NCBI GenBank assembly: GCA_965203515.1
Contig: OZ241907.1
Span: forward strand, 288,001-352,000
Length of the DNA: 64,000 nt
Source: Spirochaetia bacterium
GTDB lineage: Bacteria; Spirochaetota; Spirochaetia; SZUA-6; Bin103
Direction of reading: 5' to 3'
The translations under genes and the position numbers were made by a program. Positions 19,334 to 28,140 of the stretch are shown piece by piece; position 1 is the stretch's first letter, and every line of letters starts with the position of its first letter. The notes under the pieces were generated by a model that was not told where the DNA came from, did not search any database, and saw nothing but the letters and a program-made list of their open reading frames with translations.

Positions 19334-20362
19334 TTACTCCTCGATGTCCAGGACCACTTTGCCGCAGCGGCCGGCGGCCATCGCCGCGAAGCCCGCTTCG
19401 TAGTCGTGCAGGGCCAGCCGGTGCGTCAGCACCGGCGAGACGTCCAGGCCGCTGCGCAGCATCTGCGTCATCTTGTACCAGGTCTCGTACATCTCGCGTC
19501 CATAGATACCCTTGATGCGCAGGCTCTTGAAGATCACCTGATTCCAGTCGATGGTGGTCGATGCCGGCAGAAACCCCAGCAGGGCGATCTGGCCGCCGTT
19601 GTACATGTTGGCCAGCATGGTGCGGAACGCATCGGGATTGCCGGACACCTCGATGCCGCGATCGAAGCCGTTCGACATGCCGAGCCGTTCGATCGCGCGC
19701 TCCACCGAGTCGCGCCGCACGTCGACGGCCAGAGACGCGCCCATGCGCCGCGCCAGATCGAGCCGGTAATCGATGACGTCGGTGACCACGACGTGGCGCG
19801 CGCCCAGATGGCGGCAGATCGCCGCGGCCATCACGCCGATCGGACCGGCGCCGGTGATCAGCACGTCCTCGGCGACCAGGTCGAACGACAGCGCGCAGTG
19901 CGCGGCGTTGCCCAGGGGGTCGAGGAAGGCGGCGATCTCGGTCGGAATCGAGTCGTGGATCGGCCACAGGTTGCTCTCCGGCATCACCACCAGCTCGGCG
20001 AAGGCGCCGTCGCGGTGGACGCCCACCCCCTTGGTGAGGTGACACAGGTGCGGCTTGCCGGCGCGGCAGTTGCGGCACAGCCCGCAGGTGATGTGCCCTT
20101 CGCCGGAGACCCGGTCGCCCACCCGGTGCAGCGTGGCGCCGGCGCCCAGGGCTACCACCTCTCCGACGAATTCGTGACCCGGGATCAGGGGCGGCTCGAC
20201 GACGCTACGCGCCCACTCATCCCATCGGTAGATGTGCAGGTCGGTGCCGCACACCGCCGCCTTGCGGACGCGGACCAGCACCTCCTTGGGGCCGGGTTCC
20301 GGCTCCGGTGCCTCGGCCAGCGTCAGCCCGGGGCCCGCCGTCTCCTTGAGCAATGCCTTCAT
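19334..20362 (-). CDS. tdh: L-threonine 3-dehydrogenase
   Basis: ATG at 20362 (MKALLK); [54 protein letters not shown]. Confidence 0.97.
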   Translation of the reverse strand: MKALLKETAGPGLTLAEAPEPEPGPKEVLVRVRKAAVCGTDLHIYRWDEWARSVVEPPLIPGHEFVGEVVALGAGATLHRVGDRVSGEGHITCGLCRNCRAGKPHLCHLTKGVGVHRDGAFAELVVMPESNLWPIHDSIPTEIAAFLDPLGNAAHCALSFDLVAEDVLITGAGPIGVMAAAICRHLGARHVVVTDVIDYRLDLARRMGASLAVDVRRDSVERAIERLGMSNGFDRGIEVSGNPDAFRTMLANMYNGGQIALLGFLPASTTIDWNQVIFKSLRIKGIYGREMYETWYKMTQMLRSGLDVSPVLTHRLALHDYEAGFAAMAAGRCGKVVLDIEE

Positions 20363-20482
20363 CGGATGCGCCGGGCAGTGTAGCGCAGTACGTGCGCGCG
20401 GTCGCCGGCGTGGGAAACCGGTGACCGGCTGCGCGGGGCGGTATGATGGGAGCGCCGACGAGATCGCGGCGGAGGTGAGGCG

Positions 20483-21313
20483 ATGAGGACTGCGCTGGAA
20501 GCGGAGCAGATCGAGCGGTACCGGGAGCGGGGCTTCCTGCGCCTGGACCGGTTCCTGGCGGCGGACGAGTTGACCGAGCTCACCGACGCGGTGACCGGCG
20601 GCGTGGCGGAGATGGGGGGCGCCAAGCTGGCCGGCGTCGACCCGTCGGCAACGCCGATCAGGGACGATCCGGGCACGTGGTACGACCGGGTGTTCCTGCA
20701 GCGCGTGAACCTCTGGCGCATCAGCGCCGTGGTGCGCCGCTTCGTGATGGCGCCGGCGCTGGGCCGCATGCTGTGCGACCTGGAAGGGATCGACGGTATC
20801 CGCGTCTGGCACGATCAGACGCTGCAGAAGCGGCCGTGGGCGAATCCGACCACCTGGCATGCCGACGGGCCGAACTGGTCGTTCCATTCCCGGCACGCGG
20901 TAACGATCTGGATCGCGCTCGATCGGGCGACGATCCCGAACGGGTGCCTGTGGTTCATTCCGGGTTCGCATCGCGTGACCCGGTTCCACCAGTTTCCGAT
21001 CACGGAGAACATGGACCGGGTCTTCGATGACTATCCCGAGCTGGCGGGCCGGGAGGCGGAGGCGGTGGAGCTTGCGCCGGGCTCGGCCGCGGTGTTCAAC
21101 GGCATGCTCGTGCACGGCGCCGGTCCCAACATGACGCCTGGCTGGCGGCGGGCCATGACCTGCGCCTACATGCCGGACGGAACGACCTACAACGGCCAGC
21201 GGAACATCCTCACCGACGAACAGGTCGCCCGGCTTCGCCCCGGCAGCCCGCTCGACGACGATGCGCAGAATCCGGTCGTCTGGTCGCGCACGCGCGCGCC
21301 GACGTTCGCCTGA
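20483..21313 (+). CDS. Phytanoyl-CoA dioxygenase family (Fe/2OG) protein
   Basis: Q...Y.ERGF, WHAD, WIALD.AT..NGCL.FIPGSH, HGAGPN, RRA; SD GGAGG. Confidence 0.92.
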   Translation: MRTALEAEQIERYRERGFLRLDRFLAADELTELTDAVTGGVAEMGGAKLAGVDPSATPIRDDPGTWYDRVFLQRVNLWRISAVVRRFVMAPALGRMLCDLEGIDGIRVWHDQTLQKRPWANPTTWHADGPNWSFHSRHAVTIWIALDRATIPNGCLWFIPGSHRVTRFHQFPITENMDRVFDDYPELAGREAEAVELAPGSAAVFNGMLVHGAGPNMTPGWRRAMTCAYMPDGTTYNGQRNILTDEQVARLRPGSPLDDDAQNPVVWSRTRAPTFA

Positions 21314-21328
21314 CCGGCTGCGGTTGCC

Positions 21329-21664
21329 ATGGCATTCGACACGTCGGTGCTCGACGCGGCGATTCGCCGCCGCCGCGATCGGCTGGAGCGGGAACGGGTC
21401 GAGCTCTTCCGCCGGGTGTCGAGCGCGCTTGCCGCCCGGGCGGGCGCGCTCGGTGTACGGCGCGCCTACGTCGTCGGCTCGCTGACGCGCGAGCAGGGAT
21501 GGTCGGACGGCTCCGACGTGGACGTGGCGATCTGCGGCGGCGACCCGCTTGCGGTCATGCGTCTGGTGGAGGAGGCGTCCGGGCGCGCGGTCGACGTGAT
21601 CGACCTGGACCGTCACCCGGTCCCTGCGCCGTTTCGGCGCAACGGGGCGAAGATCGTTGGATGA
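21329..21664 (+). CDS. Minimal nucleotidyltransferase (MNT) antitoxin
   Basis: VVGSL...SDVDVA (GS-x10-DxD) and VDVIDL. Confidence 0.85.
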   Translation: MAFDTSVLDAAIRRRRDRLERERVELFRRVSSALAARAGALGVRRAYVVGSLTREQGWSDGSDVDVAICGGDPLAVMRLVEEASGRAVDVIDLDRHPVPAPFRRNGAKIVG

Positions 21665-21995
21665 GCCGCGCCTGGCGCTGCTGCAAGGCGACCTGCAGGG
21701 CCAGTGGGAGATCGTCGACGGCGTGTTCTCGCGGATCGCCGCCCGGCATGGCCGCATTGCCGCCCGGCAAGGTCGCCGTTCGGCGTCGGTCGAGCAGGTG
21801 GAAGCGTTGGCCTACCAGCTGCACAATCTGTACGGCGCGTGTGAGCAGGGTGCGCTGCGGCCGCTGTGGACCGATTCCTCGCCCGCCTTGGGGCCGGCGG
21901 AGCGGACGACGGTTGAAGCGCCGCCGCCGGATCGGGCGTTGCCTGGCGATTCTGGTCGCCGTCGACAAGCTGTTCTGACAGAACCGCCGGCTTGA
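21657..21995 (+). pseudogene. Truncated HEPN (HepT-like) toxin; similarity ends near 21850
   Basis: Overlaps the MNT stop; [14 protein letters not shown] matches the HepT-like N-terminal half, then the sequence becomes unrelated and no R-x4-H RNase motif follows. Confidence 0.7.
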
Positions 21996-22021
21996 CATCG
22001 GAGCCGCCATGCTGATAGCGT
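21992..22021 (+). promoter_or_regulatory. Sigma70-type promoter for the solute-binding protein
   Basis: TTGACA-18 nt-TAGCGT. Confidence 0.55.
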
Positions 22022-22105
22022 GGCCGGAGGCGTCCGGATCGGCTCTTCTGGCCCGACAGGGCGCAATCACACCAACCCCACGTGAAAGGGAGGTTCGAAG
22101 AAACG

Positions 22106-23926
22106 ATGATGAGAAAACTGCTCATCACGCTCCTTACGCTGGGCTTCATCGCAGGAGCCGCCTTGGTGGCGACCGCGGAAGGCCAGGATGAGTCGATGAT
22201 GGACGAGGGTCCGATGGAGCTGAGCTGGCAGGGCATCTACGGAGACGCGGTCGTCCCCGGCAACCCGATCCAGATGGCCATCGAGGAGAGGTTCAACGTC
22301 AAGATCACCGATTCTCCGCTCGCCCGTCGCCCGCAGGAGCCGATCGACCTGATGATCGGCGCCAACGAGCATCCGGACGCCATGTATTCCTGGACGAACC
22401 ATGACCAGTGGTACGGTGCGGGTGCGTATCGCCCGATTCCGGTCGAAATGATCCGTGAACACGCACCCAATCTGGCGCGCGACTGGGACACGATCGGTCC
22501 GGGCGCCTGGATGATGTCGGCCGTCCCCGGTGACCCGTCCGCCTTGCGCGGCATCCCGCGCGGCTATGCGCATCAGGCCGGCGCCGGCGCGGCGGTCAAC
22601 TTCCGCTACGACTGGCTCGGCATGGTCGGCGTGCGGGAGGCGCTCGGCCTGTCGCAGGACATGACGTCGAGCCCCGACAGCCCGGAGGGCGTGCTGGACT
22701 CCAATCCCGGGTTCGACCCCGGACACTGGTTCATCAGCTACCACACGCCGAACATCGTCGATGTGGAGGCGGCTCTGGAAGCGATCGTCGCGGCCGATCC
22801 GGTCGGGGCGGGTCGGACCATCGGCTACAGCGGTTGGCCCCGTGAAGGCCGGCCGTGCTACTGGTGGTCGTTCGGCGCGGTGTGCCAAGCATACGGCGTC
22901 AGCTCCGAATCATGGTGGATTCACTCCCAACCCGACGGCGGCGCTACCGTGCACTACGGCTGGGACAACGTGAAGACCGCCCTGAAGACCCTGCAGCGCT
23001 GGTATCAGAAGGGCATCCTGGATAGCGAGATCCCGGCATTCGACCGCGCCGCCTTCGACGACAAGGTCGGCGCCGGCCTGGTCGCGATGTATGGCCGGGG
23101 CGCCCAGGGATGCTGGAACACGCCCGACGGTCCGGCCAATCCGGTCGTCGGCTGTCTGGCCCGCGTCAACAACCCGGACTTCCAGGAGGTGATGGTGCAC
23201 GCGGTGACCGCTCCGGACGGGACCTATGGGCTGCGTCACGAAAACACGGCGCTGCCGCTGGGCGGCCCCGGCGAGTGGTTCGTGGTCCGCCATGACGTCT
23301 CCGATGAGAAGCTGGCGAAGATCCTGCAGATCTACGACTTCACCACCAATACCTGTGAAGGCCTGCTGCTCTCCATATTCGGAATCGAGGGGACTCACTA
23401 CAACGTCGAAGGTAATGCTGAGATGTGCACGGCGGACGGGATCGAAGCTATGCGCGCCGGCGGGGTAGCGGTGCGCGCCACTGCGGATTGGGCGGATCTC
23501 ACCGCCGACGGCGTAGCCCACTACTTCAACCAACAGGGGTATTACACGCGGCTGTACGGCGATGGCTTCCCCGGCAACACCCAGTGGGAGCCGCTCAAGT
23601 CCTACAACCAGTGGCGCGGTCCGGGCGGTCTCGGCACCACCCATCTGATCCGCATGTACAAAGAGGACGTGTTCGGCGAGACCGACCACAATGAGCTGCG
23701 CGCGCGGTACAAGGGCGCGCTGGACACCATCCACGGCGAGTTCATGTACAAGGCGATGACCACCGACCTCGACATCGATGCGGAGTGGCCGAAGTACATC
23801 GCGCAGCTCAACTCCGCAGGCATGGCTGCGATCAACGCCGAGCTGAACAAGCTGCAGTACACGGTCGAAGAGCTGAACACCGTCGGCGTGACCTGCGGTG
23901 ATTCCGGGTGCGTCGCCAACAGCTGA
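22106..23926 (+). CDS. Orphan extracellular solute-binding protein (family 1 / LplA-like)
   Basis: SD GGGAGG; signal peptide MMRKLL...; IEERFNV.I, RYDWL..VG, WYQKGILD.E, FGIEG.HY, EW..YIA.L...G. Confidence 0.8.
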   Translation: MMRKLLITLLTLGFIAGAALVATAEGQDESMMDEGPMELSWQGIYGDAVVPGNPIQMAIEERFNVKITDSPLARRPQEPIDLMIGANEHPDAMYSWTNHDQWYGAGAYRPIPVEMIREHAPNLARDWDTIGPGAWMMSAVPGDPSALRGIPRGYAHQAGAGAAVNFRYDWLGMVGVREALGLSQDMTSSPDSPEGVLDSNPGFDPGHWFISYHTPNIVDVEAALEAIVAADPVGAGRTIGYSGWPREGRPCYWWSFGAVCQAYGVSSESWWIHSQPDGGATVHYGWDNVKTALKTLQRWYQKGILDSEIPAFDRAAFDDKVGAGLVAMYGRGAQGCWNTPDGPANPVVGCLARVNNPDFQEVMVHAVTAPDGTYGLRHENTALPLGGPGEWFVVRHDVSDEKLAKILQIYDFTTNTCEGLLLSIFGIEGTHYNVEGNAEMCTADGIEAMRAGGVAVRATADWADLTADGVAHYFNQQGYYTRLYGDGFPGNTQWEPLKSYNQWRGPGGLGTTHLIRMYKEDVFGETDHNELRARYKGALDTIHGEFMYKAMTTDLDIDAEWPKYIAQLNSAGMAAINAELNKLQYTVEELNTVGVTCGDSGCVANS

Positions 23927-23975
23927 TCTGACGGCACGCGTTCGGTGGAGCAGCCGCCTCCGGCTGCCCCAAGTG

Positions 23976-24008
23976 AGAGGGGACGGTCTTGAAAGGCCGT
24001 CCCCTCTT
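23976..24008 (+). terminator. Stem-loop (likely terminator) after the SBP gene, preceded by a second hairpin at 23950-23967
   Basis: agaggggacggtc-ttgaaa-ggccgtcccctct (13 bp, one G-U); gcagccg-cctc-cggctgc; U tract weak. Confidence 0.65.
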
Positions 24009-24100
24009 CAAAGATATTTCCCAAGTGAGTGGAGTGATGGTACGTGGCCAAATGATTGATATGGAGAAACTGAGGTCGCGGTTGAAAGTGAGGTTGCAGC

Positions 24101-24850
24101 GTGCAATGGGAAAACGATAAGAGGAGAACCTTACGAGCACCGAATCATGTTTGGTGTGTCACCGGATTGAGCAAATCATATGGCAATTTGACGGCGTTAA
24201 CTGACGCTGATCTTGAAGTGGGTGTAGGTGAAGTGGTAGGATTGATTGGACCAAATGGGTCGGGAAAGACCACGCTCCTCGAATGCGCCGTTGGAATCAA
24301 AAAACCAAGTGCAGGCGTGTCGCGGGTCGCAGGTGTCAATACGTGGACGCATCGCAGACGTGCCGCACGGTACTTCGGAATACGATTTCAGGAGGCTGAG
24401 TTACCTCCATTCAGTCGTGTATCGGACACGTTCAAACTGTGGGAGAGCATGTTCGGGATCGGTGATGATCGCGGGGAACTTTGCAGGGAGTTCGGAATCG
24501 GTGATAAGTACCGAGCGTTGTTCAGGACGCTATCGGGAGGCGAGAAACGTCGAGTTCTCGTGGCCCTGGCGTTCATGGGAGAACCAAAATTTGTTGTGCT
24601 AGACGAGCCTACCTCGGGCATGGACCCGCATGCGAGGTCAATTTTCTGGAGTGCCATTCGCAGACGTACGGCTAAGGGTACAGGTGTGTTGTTTTCAAGC
24701 CATGAAATGTCGGAGATGGACCTTAATTGCGATCGCGTAGCTCTTATGTTCAAAGGAAGGATTCTTGCGTCGGGTGCAGTTGACGATGTTCTGCGGTTGC
24801 ACGGCGCACACACTACGTATTTGATAAATCCTAGTCACAGGAGTGACGAC
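24101..24850 (+). pseudogene. Low-GC ABC exporter-type ATP-binding protein, 3' truncated
   Basis: GPNGSGKTT, LSGGE, VVLDEPTSGMD, SSH; markedly lower GC than flanks; no stop, frame runs into out-of-frame high-GC mod sequence. Confidence 0.8.
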
Positions 24851-26387
24851 CAAGCGATACGGCACCTGGATCGAGGGTGCGGACGGCAACGGCCGGCCGA
24901 ACGGCGCGCGGCTGACCCTCGATTGCCGGACGGTGCCGCACATCACGCTGCGCAGCATCGCCCGCAACACCTCGCTCGATCCGATCTTCGCCCGTCACGA
25001 ACCGCTCCTGGCCGCGGCGCTCGAAGCCCTGAACCGCGCGGTCGCCGCGGTCACCGCCGAGACGCGGCGGAAGCTGGTCGAGAAGCTCCTCGCCAAGCAT
25101 CGCCGCGACGGCGCCAACGCGGTCACCGATGCCGACGTGCGGCGCTGGCTGCTGCCGGACACGCCGGGCGACTGGCTCCGCCCCGTCGGGGCGCGCCGGC
25201 CGCTCAAGGCGGTCACCGCGCGGCAGGCAGCCCGGTACCGCGACCGGATTCCGGCAGGAGAATGGCGCGCGTGGCAGGCGCCGTTCGACGCCGACCCGGA
25301 TTGGCCGCAGCCGCTGCAGGAGGCGCTGGCCGCCTACCGCGCCGCGTGGCGCGCGAAGATGGAGGAGGTCAACGCCGGCATCGCCGCCAACGCCGAGGTG
25401 GAGGAACTGGTCGACCAGCCGGCGATCGTCAAGGGCACCGTCCGCGTCGCCGGACCGTTCACCATGGAAGGGGTGATCGCGCTGGAGGAAGGGCCGGATT
25501 CGCCCATCGGCGGCGCGCCGGAGGAGTTGGACGACTTCGGCGCCGAAGACGGCGACGCGGCGGTCGCCAACGCCGAGGCGCACCTGGACAAGATGATCCG
25601 CTTGCTCAAGGCGAGCGGCGTCCAGTTTCCCGACAACAAGCACCAGCGCTTCGAGCGGCTCGACCCGATCACCGGGCCGACCCTGATCCACGCCGAAGGA
25701 GAATGGCTGAACGGCGCCGGCGCGGCCCGCACCGTGGCGGTCAGCGTCGGCCCGGAGGCCGGCAACGTCACCGCGTGGCAGGTCGAGGAGGTGGTGCGCG
25801 CCGCCAACCGGTCCGGCTACGACGACGTGGTGTTCGCCGGCTTCGGCTTCGACGCTGCGGCGCAGGCCGCCATCGAGCACGCCGCGCATCCCCATCTGCG
25901 CCTGCACATGGCGCTGATCAGCCCCGACGCGGCCATGGCCGACCTGCTCAAGACCCAGCCCGGCAGCCAGATCTTCACCGTGTTCAGCGCCCCGCGCGTG
26001 GCCGGCCCCACCCGCCGGGACGACGGCGATTACGAGGTCGAGGTGGAGGGGATGGACGTCTACGATCCGGTCTCCAACACCCTCGCCCCCACCGAATCGG
26101 CGCGCATCGCGGCTTGGTTCCTGGACACCGACTACGACGGGCGCACCTTCTGCATCTGCCAGGCGTTCTTTCCCGACAAGAGCAAGTGGCGCCGGCTGGC
26201 CAAGGCGCTCGGCAGCGCCGGCGTGGTGGACGAGGCCGCCTTCGACGACCTGAGCGGCCTGCGCAGCCTGCCGTTCGCCCCGCCGCCCGACCGCCGTGCC
26301 GGTGAACCGTGGCGCATCGCGGTCAAGGTGATCGACCCACGCGGCAACGAGGGCCTGCGCGTGCTGACCGTCGAGGCCTCGGCATGA
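24843..26387 (+). pseudogene. C-terminal half of a type III-like site-specific DNA methyltransferase (Mod); catalytic N-terminus missing
   Basis: TVPHITL.SIA.N, RV.GPFT.E, GF.FD, DLLK....SQIFTVF..P, G.DVYDP, WFLDTDYDG..F...Q.FFP, IAVKVID.RGNE; no DPPY or FxGxG motif in the window. Confidence 0.75.
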
Positions 26388-27589
26388 TCGACCGCATCGT
26401 CATCGAGAACTTCAAGAGCTTCCGCAAGGTCGATCTCTCGCTCGGCCCGATGAATCTGTTCATCGGCACCAATGCCAGCGGCAAGTCCAACTTCCTCGAC
26501 GCGTTGCGCGTCCTGCAGGGGATCGGCAACGGCTTCACCATCGGCGAGATTCTCGACGGCAAACCGAGAAGCGCGACCAGCGAGGTATGGGAAGGGATTC
26601 GAGGCGGCAGCTCACTGACCTGCTTCGCCGGCAGCGATGGCAATGCGACGCTTGAGGTAAGTGGAATCACGTCAGCACGCTGGGAGTACACAATATCGTT
26701 CTCGCCGGCGCACGGACGAGTCACCCGTGAACGTCTCAAGTTGGGCGGGAGTAATATCTATGATTCGACTCCGATTGATAATTCTCCTGTCGACCCCGTT
26801 ATTTCGGCTCGATACTATCCGGGAACACAGGGAAGACCGCCGACGCTCAGGTTCGACAGTAGCCGGCCGGTTCTCGGACAGTTTGCCGACCTTCCACCGA
26901 GTATGATCGACAAATATCACTCCAAAATCGCCACTGATGTCTGCGCACTCTTGGCGAACACCCAACGGGTCGCCCCGTCGCCGCCGGTGCTGCAGCAGTA
27001 TTCGCAGGCACATCACGTGCAGCGTCTCGGCGATCACGGAGAGAACTTCGCGGCGCTCGTACGGACGATATGTAACGATGAACGAGAAAAGGGCGCCTAC
27101 CTGGCATGGCTCCAGGAACTTCGGCCGGACGAGGTGGAAGACGTAGGGACATTGAGCGGCGCTGTCGGCGAGCCATTATTCATGATCCGGGAAGGCGGTC
27201 AGGAATACCCCGCGTCGGTGCTGAGCGACGGCACCCTGCGGTTCGCGGCGATTACGGCCGCTTTTTTTCAGCCGGCTATGCCAAACATCATGACGATCGA
27301 GGAGATCGAGAACGGCATCCACGCCAGCCGCCTGCGGTTGCTTACGGAGCTGCTGCGAAGTCAGACTGAATCGGGCGCGACGCAAGTCTTCGCCACTACG
27401 CATTCTCCGACCGTACTCGAATGGCTCGAAGAGTCGGAGCACCGGACGACGTTCCTGGCCGCCCGTGACGAGTCCACCGGGGAGTCGACGATCCGACCGG
27501 TGATCGACGTGCCCCACTTCAAGGAGGTCGTGGGGAAGCATCCTTTGGCGGACCTTCTTGTTGAAGGCTGGCTGGAAGCCGTGCTGTGA
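26384..27589 (+). CDS. ABC-type AAA ATPase (AAA_15/AAA_21, OLD/AbiE-like)
   Basis: IENFKSF, Walker A GTNASGKSN, LSDGTLRF, IEEIENGIH, TTHSP; ATGA overlap with mod stop. Confidence 0.9.
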   Translation: MIDRIVIENFKSFRKVDLSLGPMNLFIGTNASGKSNFLDALRVLQGIGNGFTIGEILDGKPRSATSEVWEGIRGGSSLTCFAGSDGNATLEVSGITSARWEYTISFSPAHGRVTRERLKLGGSNIYDSTPIDNSPVDPVISARYYPGTQGRPPTLRFDSSRPVLGQFADLPPSMIDKYHSKIATDVCALLANTQRVAPSPPVLQQYSQAHHVQRLGDHGENFAALVRTICNDEREKGAYLAWLQELRPDEVEDVGTLSGAVGEPLFMIREGGQEYPASVLSDGTLRFAAITAAFFQPAMPNIMTIEEIENGIHASRLRLLTELLRSQTESGATQVFATTHSPTVLEWLEESEHRTTFLAARDESTGESTIRPVIDVPHFKEVVGKHPLADLLVEGWLEAVL

Positions 27590-28140
27590 AGGTGCTCGTG
27601 ATTCCGGAGGATCCAACCCACAACGGTCATATTCTTAAGCCTCTGGTGAAAGCGCTCCTGGCGGATGCCGGCCGACCCGCGGCGCGCGTGCAAATACTTG
27701 AGAATCCAAGGATTCAGGGATACGACGAAGCCCGGCGTGTCATCATGGAGGAACTCCTTGAACGCTACCGATGGCTCGACATCTGGTTGTTCCTTCCCGA
27801 CGCTGACCGGGCAAACGCCGACGCGATGCGCAGACTGGAGAGCGATCTAAAGGATATACCGCTGTTCTGTTGTCCGGCACGCCCCGAGGTGGAGATATAC
27901 GCTTGCGCAGCGTTCCGCAGTGATATGACGGAGACCTGGGACGAAGCGCGAAGGAACCCTCGAATGAAGGAAGAAGTATTCCAACCGCTGATCGAACGGC
28001 ACGGTGACCAAAGACGGCCGGATGGAGGTAGAGGGCCGATGATCAATCAGTCGTTGAGGAATCTTCCGTTGTTGTTTCAACTGTGCCCGGAACTGCAGCG
28101 CCTGCGCGACCGGATCGCGGCGCATCTGAGCGAACATTGA
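27586..28140 (+). CDS. Small TOPRIM-like protein (DUF4276/RloB-like ATPase partner)
   Basis: GTGA overlap; N-terminal strand plus acidic motif VLVIPED, DxD in LFLPDAD, later EVE.Y motif. Confidence 0.6.
   Translation: MKVLVIPEDPTHNGHILKPLVKALLADAGRPAARVQILENPRIQGYDEARRVIMEELLERYRWLDIWLFLPDADRANADAMRRLESDLKDIPLFCCPARPEVEIYACAAFRSDMTETWDEARRNPRMKEEVFQPLIERHGDQRRPDGGRGPMINQSLRNLPLLFQLCPELQRLRDRIAAHLSEH

Noticed and set aside
24836..24845. AGGAG as a ribosome-binding site rescuing translation of the mod fragment
   Set aside because: It overlaps the GTG itself, leaving no spacer
24101..26305. 734 aa ORF as a genuine ABC ATPase fusion protein
   Set aside because: After ~residue 250 it is Arg/Gly-rich out-of-frame read-through of the mod fragment
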